Notes under the pieces: generated by a model | What the model saw: the letters and a program-made list of their open reading frames with translations, nothing else | Told to the model about the DNA's origin: nothing | Databases searched by the model: none | Assembly (NCBI GenBank): GCA_051294375.1 | Contig: CM119263.1 | Coordinates: 24,718,688-24,782,687, forward strand | From: Paraspadella gotoi | Taxonomy: Eukaryota; Animalia; Chaetognatha | DNA: 64,000 nt | Direction: 5' to 3' | Position numbers and translations under genes: made by a program | Shown here: positions 15,327-31,200 of the stretch, one piece after another | How positions within the stretch are numbered: the stretch's first letter is position 1 | Layout of the letters: each line of letters begins with the position of its first letter

Positions 15327-16969
15327 CGCCGGATCCTTCCTTTTTTTTCCCGCCTACTCGTAATCACGGTTTCCGCGGTGGGAGCTCAACGTCGGCTTAT
15401 TGCGTTTTAAATTTAGCTTCGTCGAGAAAGGAAATAAGACGGGCCCAGAATAAAGGGGAGAATAAAGGGGAAGAAAGAGGAGAAGACAAGAAAGGAGAAT
15501 GAAGAAAACAAGGAAAGGGAAGAAAGAGAAAAGAAAAATGGAGGTAAACAACTTAAATATTAAATCAAACGGAAGGAATTAAAATAAGGTAAAGAAGGAA
15601 AAGAGTAAAAAATCGAAAAAAATAAAGTAAAGAAAGCTTAATATGAAACAGGACAAAAAAGGCATATAAGAACAAGAACGGTAATTCAAATGTGTTGCGG
15701 GCGCAGTGACTGCCTTATTACGTGTATTTATCGGGACATGACATGACGTAACATGACATGATGCGAATGAATGATACATGACAACAATAACTTTCTTAAC
15801 CTAACACGCACTGCATCGGAATTGCGTTCTTTATTCTTTATAGTTTTAGGAATTCCTGAAGGCGGCGCAAGCAGTCACTTAGATTTGAGGTTTTTTCTGT
15901 CTTAACAAATGAGCAATCAACGATAGGCAAATTATATGCATTTTTAACGTAAGTGGGACAGACGACGGACAGACATAGCGACCGACCGACCGACCAAAAA
16001 GTAACTTTTAGAGTTGTTCCGCGAGTAACTCGCCGGGCAACTAAAAATGAATGGGAGAAGGAAAATAAAGAAATAAAAAAGTTAAAAAATGAGACGATTA
16101 AGCTAATGAAAAGATCGTTTTAAAATGAGACCGATATTGATTTTTTAAAAATAGGGAAGGAAAAAAAAATATTTTTTTTTACTTAAGACTGCTTGACACC
16201 TTAATGTTCGCGAGAAAAGTTTTATTTTGAATATTTTTTTATTATGGTGTTCTTTGCATCGTACAAGTAAAATAATAAATTATCAATTTAGAAGTTGGTG
16301 TAATTACTAATGATAACTTTACGAAAATTTACTCATCACAAATGACTTAATAAGAAAATAACAGCAGTTGCGCCGGAAAATGAGAAAGGCGCCCAACACC
16401 CGTTTATGAACGTCGCTGTCGTTTCCGGTTTAAAACTGGCGCGCGTCTTTGTCGCGGAGTTGGAGCGGCGACCTCATACAAGTGTCAAATCCCAGGCGAG
16501 GCGGCGATGGCGGAGACGGCTTTGGCGCCAATGGCAACGTTTTGGAATTGAAATTCGAGAGACAAAGAGTCCTGACTCTGACTATGATTGCGTTCGGGAC
16601 AAAATCGACCAAGTACTACGTCGAACTCGTAGCAGACCTAGTAACAATAAGTGGCCGATTACCTTAAAAAACTGTCTGGTCTAAAACACTCCAATTCGAA
16701 GTCCATCGTGGAAAATTGATCATTTTTAAATTTTTTACATTAAGTACGTTCTCGTTCTCATTAAATGTAGCATTTGATACACATCATTTCTGATTCAAAT
16801 GTCTTCGAAAAGACTCATGTTAAGCATTTGATTCTATAGGACTTCTATAATAAGATGATTCCCCGTTTGTTTTTATAGATGCCGCTTCAAGGGGTTTTTT
16901 TTTTTCGTTACCCCCTCCTCTTTTTTTTCTTATTCGATTAAATTGGATCTCGGACACAAAAGCGGAGAA

Positions 16970-17063
<94 letters not shown>

Positions 17064-17181
17064 AGGGACGAACCCGGACATTAAAAACGAGAAGTGAAAA
17101 GAGATGGGAATAAAAAAAAGAAGAAATCGAAAGTGGAAATGATTAAAACTGCTGGTATTAGGAGAGAATAGAAATGAGAAG

Positions 17182-17253
<72 letters not shown>

Positions 17254-17361
17254 TCTCTCTCTCCTCNNNNNNNNNNNNNNNNNNNNNNNNNTTTTTTTTT
17301 TTCGTTACCCCCTCCTCTTTTTTTTCTTATTCGATTAAATTGGATCTCGGACACAAAAGCG

Positions 17362-17456
<95 letters not shown>

Positions 17457-19452
17457 AGGGACGAACCCGGACATAAAAACGAGAAGTGAAAAGAGGATGG
17501 GAATAAAAAAACAAAGAAATCGAAAGTGGAAATGATTATTAAACTGCTGGTATTAGGAGAGAATAGAAATGAGAAGCTTCTCTCTCTCTCTCTCTCTCTC
17601 CTCTCTTCTCTCTCTCTCTCTCTCTCTCTCCTCTTCTCTCTCTCTTCTCTCTCTTCTCTCTTTCTCGCTTTTGTGTCCGAGATCCAATTTAATCGAATAA
17701 GAAAAACCCCTTGAAGCGGCATCTATAAAAACAAACGGGGAATCATCTTATTTGCATATCGAAGTCCGAGTGATCAAATGCTACATTCATGAGAATTTTT
17801 TTTTTTTTTTTTCTGAAATAAAAAAGACAATTTGACAATTAAGACAATAAGAAGATTAAACGATGAGTATTGAGCAAGAAAAACTGCACTAATGGCACTA
17901 AAAATAAAATTTAAACAATTAAGGATCATTGCGGACACCGCAAATTGGAAAAGTATTAAATATATCAATGAAAATCATGAGTGAATATTATCATTACATT
18001 ACATTACATTCATGAGAAAGAGAACGACTAATGTAAAAGATTTAAAAATGATCAATTTTCCACGATGGACTTCGAATTGGAGTGTTTTAGACCAGACAGT
18101 TTTTTAAGGTAATCGGCCAACTTATTGTTACTAGGTCTGCTACGAGTTCGACGTAGTACTTGGTCGATTTTGTCCCGAACGCAATCATGAGTCAGGACTC
18201 TTTGTCTCTCGAATTTCAATTCCAACAACGTTGCCATTGGCGCCAAAGCCGTCTCCGCCATCGTCGCCGCCTGGGATTTGACACTTGTATGAGGTCGCCG
18301 CTCCAACTTCCGCGACAAAGACGCGCGCCAGTTTTAAACCGGAAACGACAGCGACGTTCATAAACGGGTGTTGGGCGCCTTTCTCTATTTTCCGGCGCAA
18401 CTGCTGTTATTTTCTGTATTAAGTCATTTGTGATGAGTAAATTTTCGTAAAGTTATCATTAGTAATTACACCAACTTCTAAATTGATAATTTATTATTTT
18501 ACTTGTACGATGCAAAGAACACTATAATAAAAAATATTCAAAATAAAACTTTTCTCGCGAACATTAAGGTGTCAAGCAGTCTTAAGTAAAAAAAAAAATT
18601 TTTTTTTCCTTCCCTATTTTTAAAAAATCAATATCGGTCTCATTTTAAAACGATCTTTTCATTAGCTTAATCGTCTCATTTTTTAACTTTTTTTTTATTT
18701 CTTTATTTTTCCTTCTCCCATTCATTTTTAGTTGCCCGGCGAGTACTCGCGGAACAACTCTAAAAGTTACTTTTTGGTCGGTCGGTCGGTCGCTATGTCT
18801 GTCCGTCGGTCTGTCCCACTTACGTTAAAAATGCATATAATTTGCCTATCGTTGATTGCTCATTTGTTAAGACAGAAAAAACCTCAAATCTAAGTGACTG
18901 CTTGCGCCGCCTTCAGGAATTCCTAAAACTATAAAGAATAAAGAACGCAATTCCGATGCAGTGCGTGTTAAGGTTAAGAAAGTTATTGTTGTCATGTATC
19001 ATATATCGCATCATGTCATGTTACGTCATGTCATGTCCCGATAAATACACGTAATAAGGCAGTCACTGCGCCGCAACACATTTGAATTACCGTTCTTGTT
19101 CTTATATGCCTTTTTTGTCCTGTTTCATATTAAGCTTTCTTTACTTTATTTTTTTCGATTTTTTACTCTTTTCCTTCTTTACCTTATTTTAATTCCTTCC
19201 GTTTGATTTAATATTTAAGTTGTTTACCTCCATTTTTCTTTTCTCTTTCTTCCCTTTCCTTGTTTTCTTCATTCTCCTTTCTTGTCTTTCTCCTCTTTCT
19301 TCCCCTTTATTCTCCCCTTTATTCTGGGCCCGTCTTATTTCCTTTCTCGACGAAGCTAAATTTAAAACGCAATAAGCCGACGTTGAGCTCCCCACCGCGG
19401 AAACCGTGATTACGAGTAGGCGGGAAAAAAAAAGGAAGGATCCGGCGCCGAG

Positions 19453-19512
<60 letters not shown>

Positions 19513-22500
19513 AAAAGTTGATAGGAAGAAAATTCGCGCGAAAACTTGATGGAATTACATGAAATTCGATCAGTACAACAGGAAAAAAAGTTAGTATTGA
19601 GACAGCTAGAGGGTGTTTTGCAAGTTTCATTGTTTTCGCAAATATCACCAAAACAAAATCCCCCCTGGAGCAAATCCCAAACAAAATTTATTCGAGTTCA
19701 CCGCAAAGATCGTGATCGAGGCGACTGCGCCACACCCCACCTTTCAAAAAAAAAAAGCTTCCTCCTATCCACTTTAAAACACACATTCCACTGGCCTCTC
19801 TTTAAACTCTCTCATTCACTCCTTTTCCCGCGACCTTATTAACTCCCAATTTTATTTCCACCCACCTCCCTTTAAATCTTTCTCATTCAATATTCTTCAC
19901 CCCCCCCATCCCTTTCATTTTTCTCCCACCATCCCCCTTTTCTTCTTATTGTTATTCCCTTTCATTCTCTTTTCTTCTTTCGCTCCAGAGGGCACGAAAA
20001 TCATCTGTTTCCCAGGTTTTGGCTTCGCGCGCTTCATCTATCTCAATTGACAACGACTCTCCCTTGGTGCCGCACCACCTTCCACCACTCCCCGCCCCCC
20101 TCCTCTCCGTCCCTCCCGGCGTTATTTCGCGTTCTTTCCGCCTCGAATTGCGTTCTTCCTTTCTACGTCTATTTCTCGATTCGTCTTCTTTCCTTCGCTT
20201 CTTTGCTCGCCATTATCCTGAGGTTGCCATCGCGAAGGATACATATTTGGTGCATCTCGCTAAGATATATATAATTATATTATATTACCTCGTCTCATAT
20301 CCATTAACGAAAATTTGCGTACCTGGAATCTATTAATTGTGTTTTTTATTGCTTTGTCGCTCGCCGCCTGCTCGCCCGCCGGTCTGGATTCGTTCTTTTA
20401 ATTCCAACGCCTATATATACGAATTCTATTCTGCCTAATATCTTTCTATTCTTTCGCTTTCGTCCCCGTTTCCGTTATTAATTTTCTTTTCCTCATTTCC
20501 AAGATGGGTGAGGGCCATATGGTTTCCATTTTTGCGGAGGTAAACGCCCTCTGGATGCGGTTATGGAATTTGACAGATTTCTTTATAGCTATATTATTCC
20601 CACACAGATAAAAGGTCGAAAACGAAACGGAAAAGGGCACCAAAGAATCCATAAACGCGGTGGTGAGGTCGCCAAAGTGAGTTGACGGTCGTTTTGCAGC
20701 GATTCCGTCTCGGAGCCAAGAGATTGAGAGATAGATGTTCAGTTTTGATTCAATCGACGAAATGGTTACGCACCGTCAAATGCGTCCATTTAATACGGGG
20801 TTATCGCGCAGAAGTTTACTCTTTCACCCATAAGTCCTGCCAGAGCGTTCGCCTTGGTACGTTTACGAACGCCAACTCTCGTGGCGGACTTCTACTCGGC
20901 TTCGACGTCGTCGTCGTCATTCGCTCGTCGTATATATCCTCCGTCTCATTGTTACACGATTAGCGAAAAATCCTCGAGGATTGATCTCAAACGATTCCGA
21001 CGACCGGCAAAAACGCAGAGACCGACGCAAATGAGTTCTCTCGCTTCCAGCTCGCGCGTCGATGCTGGCCGACGCCCGACGCCGGGCGACCGCACGAACA
21101 CTTGCCAGAACAGACAGCCCGAGCGCTGCTTGACACCGCACCGACTGCTGACTTGACGCCGCCTCGACGCCGCCCGTCGCCGCCTCCGAAACAGTCTATA
21201 TACTGGGTGAAGCTTTCTAAAGAGGACTTTTTCCTTTGCGAGCGTCGAAACATCTTCTTTTCGTCAAAAAGGAAAATGGTTCTGCATTTTGCTCATTGCT
21301 CACAAACCTTCGAATTATTTTTTTTGTCTTGGGTAGGATGGGCGTGGCAGGTTTCCTATTTTTTCACCTTTCTAGGTCTATTGATTTCTTAATATTTATT
21401 TTTCCTGATTCCAAACATAGGTATTTTTTGTTTCTCGTTGGGAACTTTAAATTACTTTTTCGCAAAAAAAAAATTAAAAAAAACCGTTATTCCGTGACAA
21501 ACTAGAGAATTGGGATTCCGGTCGCCTTCTTTTTCCCTCACTTATCCAGCAGGCGCCCAACCCATCCTTACGATGCGACACTTCACTCGTCCCTCTCAGC
21601 CCACCCCACCCCAGACACACCACTCACCCACCCTCCTGCCCACGCCTCCGTCGCCCCCGCCCACGCCGTCTATCGCTTCTATTCTGTTGCCTTCTTGGTT
21701 CTTTCCTTGTGGTTCGTCAGTCCACAAAACAGAAAAAACAAAACGACGCCCCAGAGATGAATTATGGAAACCGGTAAGCGCCGGAGGACGAACGGCGCCG
21801 CGTTGCGAACGCCAGGGGGTTGTGACGGCCGCCGGGGGGACAGGAACCGAGGGATATGCGACCGTGGGCCGTGCAGGTGCAAGCACGAGGAGGGATTGAA
21901 GTATGGGCGCGATAAAGCCCTCGGGTAATGCACGATAAAGAGTATTTGCAGGCTAGTTGTTTACTCGCGCATTCGCCGTATTTCCTGTTGCGAACGGAAT
22001 GAGTGCCGTATATTCATCAAATTAAGATTGATTTAAATTTGTCGAAATGCTCCTTAAAGTGCTTGCGGCGTTATCAATCTAATGATTATACGTGATGAAA
22101 TCCTGCACAAAATCTTAGGAATTTGACAGCGAGCCCCAAGTTAAATACTGCGATCTTCATCTTTGGACACTTTTTTCTATTTTCCCTTACAATCGGCCTC
22201 GGGTTCATATTTCCTCGATCCCTGTTAAAATTAGCCTTCATTTTCCGAGCTTCTTCCCCTCTAACCCATTTCCTTACCCTTATTCAGTAAGGCGTCCCAC
22301 CCTACGCCCTACCACCCTACACCCCTACACCTAACGCCCCGGCCCCGAACCGACACCCTGGCGAAACCCTTTTTTTTCCGCGTTAACTGCGTCGGAGCCG
22401 CTTGGGTCGTCGTCGGCGGGCGAGGGCGAATGGTCACTGGTCAGTAGGCTCGGAAACAGGTTGAAAACCTAGAAGTTCTCTCAAATAAATAATATTGATA

Positions 22501-24134
22501 AAAGTTACTTTAGAGAATATAGAAAATAAAAATAATTTTTAAAAAATTATCTTTGATTAATAACGACGCACGGAAGCATTTAAAGATTATTTTATTAACT
22601 GATATAAAGTTAAAATTTTTTTTTGAATTTTTTTCCAATTTTTTAATGGATTTCTGATAAGCTTTAAAAGTTAGATATAAGGTTATTAATATCAAATTTT
22701 TAAATATTTTTTTGTTTTATTGATAACAAATTTTTTTAAAAAACTAGAAAATTCAGTCCAAATTGATGTGATGAATGAGATTGATTTTTTTTAACGTTTT
22801 TTCTGTTTTTAACCAATTTCTTGTCAAAATTTTAAAAAAATTGTCAGTACTAACTTTCATTTAACTTTCACAGCTTCTATAAGATATCCGTTCTTAAAAA
22901 CTAACTTTTTTAAAAAATTATTGTCATTTGTTATATTATAATAAAATATTTAAAAAGCTTCATGCAACAACCAATGAACTAATTCAACAAATAAGTTGCA
23001 TTTGAAAATCGATTTAGTAAAGAAGGAAAAAAGGAATTTTTTTGAGAAATTAAAAGTTATAAAAAAGTGTTCAATTTTTTGGCCCGCCATTACTGTCAGC
23101 CTGATCTAGTCAACTTTCCTTCTCGGGGATGAACGAGTGAGAGAAAAAATCATCGATCACGAATTAGGAACGTGTTTTCGTGACAGGGGGCGGATGGTGG
23201 GGATGGACGCGAAAAAAAGGTTCACGCGTTGGATGATGAAAAAAAGTAGAGAAGGAAAACAAGAAATGGGGCAAAAAAAACAAAAAAACATAGAACAACA
23301 CTGGCGTGTTGCAGTTGTCAAATGCGAAAAATTCAATTTAAAGAACTAAACAGAATTTGAAAATAAATAACTTAACAAAAACCACAGAGGTTTCGTTTGG
23401 AACTTTCTTTCTCGAATTTAAAAAAAAAAATTCCTTCGTTGATTCTTCTTTATTCTTCTTATTCTTCTTGTAATAAAATATGTGAATTAAAAAAAAAATT
23501 CTCTATTCTTCTTTTCTTTCTCCATTTTTTCTTTTTTTCCCTATTTTTTTTAAAAAGTTTTATTATTTTTTGTTTTTCTTTCCTTTTCTTTCCGCTCGTT
23601 CGCCATATCGACCTCGTCAACATAAAATCCAATGCCGCCCGCAATTGACTGAGAACAGAATGAAATTCCACGCGGTCCCTTTTTTTTTTCTTTTATTGGC
23701 TTCCGATGCCAATCTTCTCATGAAGCGAATTTTATGAGTCAAGGTTTCCTGTTTTCGCTTAGTGCAACTTTTTTTTGCCGGAAGCGGCGGAAGCGGCTTG
23801 ATGTTCAACGCGTTTTCTTTTGTGTGGTGTTATCGAGAGAGACTTCGGTGACGACTTGGCGACTGGCGAGGTGAATCAATACGTCCTCGATATTGTGTCC
23901 TTTTTTGTTTGTTCGCATGAGTGGTTTGTCTATTCTGATTTTTGGTTTCTTTTTTTTTTCGTTGTTTCGTTCGAGGAGCGTCAGTAATGACACTTTCCAA
24001 AACAAATGATCAAAAACGATTCGCATCACGTCCGCGGTGAGAAGCGACCGAAGTCGAGTTAAAACGCGATATGGTCGATTTGTGAGAGAGAGAGAAACGC
24101 CAGAGAGAGAAGAGAAGGAGATGAGAGAGAGAGA

Positions 24135-24170
<36 letters not shown>

Positions 24171-24506
24171 AGAGACGGAATTACCAGACTGTGGAAAATG
24201 ACGAGAATGGAAATAAGAAGCCAGAAAAACGGGAATTAGGTATGAGGAGGGAGGGAGGATGAAGGAGATGAGACGTAAAGAGACAAGAGATGAGTAGAGA
24301 GAGAAGGAGAAGAGAGAGAGAGAGAGAGAATCGAAATGTGTTATAAAAAAGAGAAAAGATACCTCAGAGAGGAAAATGAACGAAAACGAAAGGAAACAAT
24401 GGAAATGAAGAAGCTGAGATGGCAAATAGAGGAAAGAAAAAAAACCAAAGAGAAAAGAGTTGAAAGAGAAAAAATATAAAGAGAAAATCAGAAGGAAGAA
24501 AGAGAG

Positions 24507-24556
<50 letters not shown>

Positions 24557-24851
24557 GAGTAGAGAGAGAGAGAGAGAGAGAGAGAATTGAAGCAAAAGGA
24601 ATAAACGGTGGTGGAGGTACGTGAGATTCACGCAATGACCTTTGGGCCTCCATTCACCATTCATGAAGGCGAGATGGAAGGAACGAATCAAGGGAAAAAA
24701 TTGGAGGGAGTGACGGGAAGGGGGGGAGGGTTGAGGGGGAGTANNNNNNNNNNNNNNNNNNNNNNNNNGAAGAAAAATAATGGCTTCTCTCAACTTAACT
24801 CACCCTTTGAAAATAGAAGAAGGCAAGGCGTTGAACCCAGAAATCAGGAGA

Positions 24852-24917
<66 letters not shown>

Positions 24918-26141
24918 GAAAAATTGAAAAAAAAGGATAAAGAAGAAACACGATTTTGAAAGAAAAAAAAAAGAAAGAAAAAAAGAAAAACTTGAAAGGC
25001 GACAGGAGATGGAAGAATAAAAAGAGAAGGGCGAAGACAGAGGGAATCAAGGGAAAAAAAAAAGAAAGTGAATTAAAAAAAAAAATAAGAAAGAAAATAA
25101 AGGATGACTATGAAAAGGAAAAAAAAAGAAAGGAAGAAAAAAAAGGCGTCCAAATATATTCCAAGGAGAAAATGGTTGAAGGATAAATTCCTGGGTGAAG
25201 GAAATTGAAGTTTATGATTTGGAGTCGACCGAGTGAATTGCTGGCGGAGAGAGGGAGCGAGAGGAGGGGGGGGTGGGATTGGAGCTGCGTTGATTGAATG
25301 GAGATGAAATTTATTTTACGGAGAAAACGGAAGTGAAAATAGTCGGAGGGACGCGTTGGGAGAAATTTGTTGGATATTGGGTGTGACGTTGGATGCAGCA
25401 GCGTCAAATCTACGATTAAAACGGTTTCCATTAAGAAATTAAGAGGCATGAAGCTCTGTTGCAGTTCGGTCTTAAATCATAAAGCGAAGGAGAGAAAGCG
25501 GAAGCGAGGGTAAAAACTGATTGGGTCGATTATAGATTCGAGCGCGGAATTAATTGGCGCACTGTGGATTAGGAGAAAAAAAGGGTTTATAATTGATTAA
25601 GAGAGAGAAAACTGGATTAAATCGCTGTGGGCTTCGAAATGATGGAAGAGACGGCGGGGCGAGAAAAATGACGGACTTTGGCGATGAGATTCGAAAATAA
25701 TTGGAATTTGGAGGAAAGCGTGAAAGCTTGACGCGGTTTACGATTGATAAGTCATAAGGAGAATAGGGTTAGCGAGGCGAACGGAATGGTGGCGAGAAAC
25801 AGGTGGAACGTATGACGGAAATTAGGGATTGGTCCTTTTATACAATTAAAACATTTTTTTCAAATATTGTACAATTGTAGGGAAGCCAGGCATTCTGATA
25901 GTGAATAAATCAGACAGAGATTTGATTGAAAGCTTACATGGTCTTGTAAGAGGGAAGGAGGCCTTAATCCACTATTGCCTATCCAAAGTCATTGGCAAGA
26001 TAGCTTATTTATTTTAATGAATTGCAAATTTTTATATTGGTGAAAACAATTTGGACGTTGGAAGTCAAAGATGGGGTAGAGACAAGAAAAGAGTCTCGTA
26101 GTGGAGTGATGGAACACGGCAGAGGATTAAGACTGTGATAG
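13428..26141. repeat. Inverted duplication: ~13428-15010 versus ~24585-26141
   Basis: 24915-26141 is the reverse complement of 13428-14680. 24585-24742 matches 14690-14850 and 24770-24860 matches 14920-15010. The distal copy accumulates 1-bp deletions. Confidence 0.9.
15021..19746. repeat. Large palindrome: arms ~15021-16765 and ~18010-19746
   Basis: Near-identical reverse-complement arms. An inner inverted pair lies at 16848-16980/17645-17752, and a tandem duplicate at 16900-17266/17292-17600 spans a 25-N gap. Confidence 0.92.
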
Positions 26142-27268
26142 ACTCCGTCCGGCGAGGATATTTACGTCATGAGGTGGGAAAAATGGAAGACAAGTGGCCG
26201 CGGACAGAGAGCGTAAAAAGCTGTAGAATTCAGTGATAAAATAAAAGAAGTGATGGATTAAGCTCTCGAGCTGATTTGTGATAGATCAACGACGGAAAGG
26301 GAGAGAAAAAGTGGAGAGCGCTTGAGTTACCATCGCTCATTCAAGAAAAGAGAGACGAAAAGCGAATTTTTAATCGGGAGACAAAAGACCCTTGGCCCAA
26401 AGGCAAGAAGACCTCGCTTCCCCGTCGTTTTCGTCTTCGTCTTTGAAGACGACGGGCTTTTTTTTCGTTGTGCTCGTCGTCGCGTTCATCGTTATTTATA
26501 ATTCTTGATGGATTTTGCTCTTTTCACTATTCGTCGTCGTAAATATATTTTCATATAAATAAAGTAAATATTATCATGTACTATAATTTTACACTTATCT
26601 AAAAACGTCTTCATCGTAGTTCCCGCCGTATTTCACGCAGCCTCAGCGACAGCAAAACCGCAGCTGCGGCTTACCCCCAACTTCCGAAGCGATTGAGCGG
26701 TTTCCCTCTTCCGACGGAAGAGGGTAAAAGGTGAAGCGGAAAAAAAGGCCGACGATGAATCATTTGGGCCTCGAAGCTCGAAACGAGCGGAGGAAAACGA
26801 TGGAAGGAAATGAGGGAACAAAACAACGGAACAACGGGTTAACGACAGGTAGACAGGGTAAGGGAGGAAAGAAAAGGAAAAGGGAGGAAAGGAAAATGAG
26901 AGAAAAAAACTCGGGGAAAGACGAAGAAGAAATGAAGCGAGGCAACCACTTAAAATCGCAACGGGTCTATCCTAACCGGAAGGTCGCGGCTCACTTCTGG
27001 CAACCATCCCGCCGAGTTCTTCCGCTAGGATGACCCGGATGTTGGTCGGGGTCTCAAGAAGTAAAGACTTTGTTAGGAGGACGACGAATAGACCCAAAAC
27101 GATCGCTGGAAATGGGCAAAGGTTTCGAGCGAGCGGATGCCACGACGATTGCGTCTTTTCAAAGTGACGAGAGAAGCAAAAATTCGCCGGGCGATCACAT
27201 CCGATTTATTTCCCAAAAATTAAAGAGAGGGGGGAAAAGGAGGAGAGGAGAGAGAGAGAAGAGAGAGA

Positions 27269-27299
<31 letters not shown>

Positions 27300-28161
27300 T
27301 AAAGATGAAGAGAGAATGAAATAGAAGGCGAGAGAGAGCAAGCCGTCCAAAATTGTTGGCTTGCCGAATTGCTGACTGAAAACGTCGGCCGTTCCAATTA
27401 TCGCTGGGGAGATGGAAGGAAAATAATGGAATGAAAGGGGAGGATGAACTGACGGGGAGTGGCGGTTGTAGTGTCGGAGGGTGGGGGGGGGGTTGGGTCA
27501 ACGGATGCCTTTTCCTACTTGGGTTCAAATTACTCGAGCGTCCACAACTTCATTCGTTCGCGAATGAAGATTTTCTTTTTTTTTTTTCTTTTTTTGAAAA
27601 GAAGCAGACATTTTGTGCCTCAAATAGCGGAAAGAATTCAATGCGTTCAGCTTCAATTACGGGCGGTCGCGCTCAATTATGCAGCAGCAAAACATCCAAA
27701 GAAGCTCAGCAGAAGAGGCAGCCAGCGGCGGCCGGGAAAAAACCGGCTGACCGCGATTGACGAGTCAACAGTATATTTAACCGACTGATCCGTGAAACAC
27801 ACAAGTGCGCCCGGGGTTCAATCGGATTGCGCATTCTCTCTCTCTCTCTCTCGTCTCTCATCTTCTCTCTCTTCTGTCTCCTTAATTTCTCTCTCTCACC
27901 TCTATCATATCTTTCTCTCTCTTCTCTTTTCTCCTTTTTTCTTCTTATTATTTCTCTTCTCTCCACTTTGTTTCTCTTTTTTTTCTTTTCTCTGTTGCCT
28001 TCACGTCTTTTCTCATTTGCCAATTGTTTATTCCTTATAGCGGTCATACTTCCTCATATTTAATTGTCCGGAGCTTTCTAAGCGGCAGCTGTGGCGTCTT
28101 TTCCTCTTTTTTAAAACCATTTTCGATTCTCTCTGCTCATCTCGACGTCATGCTATCATCT

Positions 28162-28204
<43 letters not shown>

Positions 28205-31200
28205 ATCATCAGTCTCTCTCTCTCTCGTCGGTATCCCTCCTCCCTCTCATCCTAATTCGCCAGTTTTTTTCTGCTTGCCTTGGTAGAGTCCATTTCCCCA
28301 AGCTATTGAGTCGTCAATTTCATCTCAGGTTGAGTATGATTCCGTCTCTCTCATCTTTCTTTCTTCATATGTCGTCAGGGAGGCTGCACGGAGATCACTC
28401 TTCGGCTCTCCGTCTCTCTCGGTCATCGTCCTCTCTCTACTCTTCCGTACTCAACTCGAGGTAGTCCTAACGCTCTTTCTATCTCGTCCTCATATTTCTC
28501 TCAACCCGTCGCCTGCTGCTCTCGTCGTCTTCTCGTCCGGCCCGTCTCTACCTGTCGGCTCTGTCGTTTATCGTCTCAGCCCTCTCAATACCGGTCCCGT
28601 TCGTACTCAATACCGCTGCTCTCTCTTCCTTCTGGGAGGTGTACGGCGTCGGGATGCCTCATTTGTGGATACGCTAGTCCTGCATGTCTGGTCCGTGACA
28701 GTCTGGTTCTTCGTTATAATCTATGATCTTAATTTTGCGTCGTCGGGCTCGTGCGCTCTTATCTCTGTCCGCTCCTACGCTCGGCTCGGAGTATTGCTAT
28801 TGGGGCATTGCTCATCTCTCTTGTCCTTGGCCCACGGATATATGCCTGCGTCGGCGTCTCGCTCTCCCGTCTCATCCCCCGCTGCCCCCGTCTCTCCCTC
28901 GCTTCTCGATCATCTGTGTGCGCCCCTCCGTCTCTCTGTCGTCCCCTCTTCCCGCGCGTCCCCTTCTCTCCCGTCTCTCCACTCGTCCCGTGGCCCTTTT
29001 TTCTCCCCTTCACCTCCGTCCGTCTTCTCCCCACTCGCTCACCCCCGCACGTCTCCCTCCCCCTCACCTCTCCTCCGCTCTCTAGTCTCCCCCCTCGCGC
29101 CCACCGTTCTCTCTCCTCGATTCAAATCGACTCATATCGCGTTTTTAACTCGACTCGGTCGCTTCATCACCGCGGACGTGATGCGAATCGTTTTGATCGT
29201 TTGTTTTGGAAAGTGGCATTACTGACGCTCGAACGAAACACGAAAAAAAAAAGAACCAAAAATCAGAATAGACAAACCATCTCATCGAACAAACAAAAGG
29301 ACACAATATCGAGGACGTATTGATTCACTCGCCAGTCGCCAGGTCGTCCACCGAACGCGAAACAAACAAAAGAACGCGTTGAAAGCATCAAGCCGCTTCC
29401 GCCGCTTCCGGCAAAAAAAAAGTTGCAGCGAAAAACAGAAACCTTGACTCATAAATTTCCCTTCTGAAAGATTGGCTCGGAAGCCAATAAAAGAAAAAAA
29501 AAAAGGGACCCGATGGGAATTTCATTTCTTGTTCTCAGTCAATTTGCGGGCGGCATTGGATTTTATGTTGACGAGGTCGAATGGGCGAATCGAGCGGAAA
29601 GAAAAGGAAAGAAAAACAAAAATAATAAAACTTTTTAAAAAAAAGGGAAAAAAAGAAAAAAATGGAGAAAGAAAGAAGAATAAGAATTTTTTTTTTTATT
29701 ACAATTTATTACAAGAAGAATAAGAAGAATAAGAAGAATCAACGAAGGATTTTTTTTTTAAATCGAGAAAGAAGTCAACGAACTCTGTGTTTTGTTAGTT
29801 TATTTTTCAATTCTGTTTTCTTTAAATTGAATTTTCGTATTTGACAACCAACACCGGCGTTGTTCTTGTTTTTTTTTTTTCCCCCATTCTTGTTTCCTTC
29901 ACTTTTTTTTTCTCATCCAACGCGTGAACCTTTTTTTCGCGCCATTCCCCACCATCCCGCCTCCCCTCGAAACACGTCCTATTCGTGATCCTGATCTTTT
30001 TCTCTCACTCGTTCAATCCGAGAGGAAAGTGACTAATCAAGGCTGACCATGTAAGGCGGGGCCAACAACTTGACACTTTGTTTATAACTTTTAATTCTCT
30101 CAAAAAAATTCCTTTTTTCGCTTCTATTTACTAATCGATTTTCAATGCAACTTTTTGAATTAGTTCATTGGTTGTCCTGCACTGAAGCTTTTCAAATATT
30201 TATTCTGTATTAACAAACAAAAATATTTTTTAAAAAAAGTTAGCTTTTAAGAGACACTGGATTCTTATAAGAGCTTGAAAAGTTTAAATGAAGTTAGTAC
30301 TACAATTTTTAAATAATGTTGACATAGAATGGTTAAAAAAACAGAAAAACGTTAAAAAATCATCATCATCATCATCATTTGGCTGAATTTTATAGTTTTT
30401 TATATTTTTTATCATAAAAACAAAAAAATTTTAAAAATTGTGTTATTCATATAACCTTTATCTAACTTTTTTAAAGCTTATCAGAATCCATTAAAAATGA
30501 ATTCGAAACAATTCAAAAAAATTTTTAAACTTTATTATAGTAAATAAATATATTTTAAATGCTTCCGTGGCCTTATTAATATGATAATTTTTTAAAATTA
30601 TTTTTTATTATTCATATTCTCATAACAGTCACTTTATCATTATTTATTTGAGAGAAACTTCTAGTTTTCAACCATGTTTCCGGCCCTAACTGACCAGTGA
30701 CCATCGCCTCGCCCGCCGACGACGACCAAGCGGCCGACGCAGTTAACCGGAAAAAAAAAGGGGTTTGCCAGGGTGTCGGGTTCGGGGCGGGGCGTAGGGT
30801 GTAGGGTGTAGGGTGTAGGGCGTAGGGTGGGGACGCCTACTGAAAGGGTAAGGAAATGGGTAGAGGGAAAGAGCTCGGAAAAAATAAGGGCTAATTTTAA
30901 CAGGGATCGAGGAAATATGAAACCCGAGGCCGATTGTAGGGAAAATAGAAAAAAGTGCCAAAGATGAAGATCGCAGTATTTAACTTGGGGCGTCGCTTCA
31001 AATTCCTAAGATTTGTCGCCAGGATTTCATCACGTAAATCATTAGATTATAACGCCCCAAGCACTTAAGGACATTTACAAATTTATCATCTTATTTATGA
31101 ATATACGGCACCATCCCGTTCGCAACAGGAACTACGGCGATGCCGATAAACAACGCTGCAAAATACTCTTTATCCCATTACCCCGAGGCTTGCATCGCGC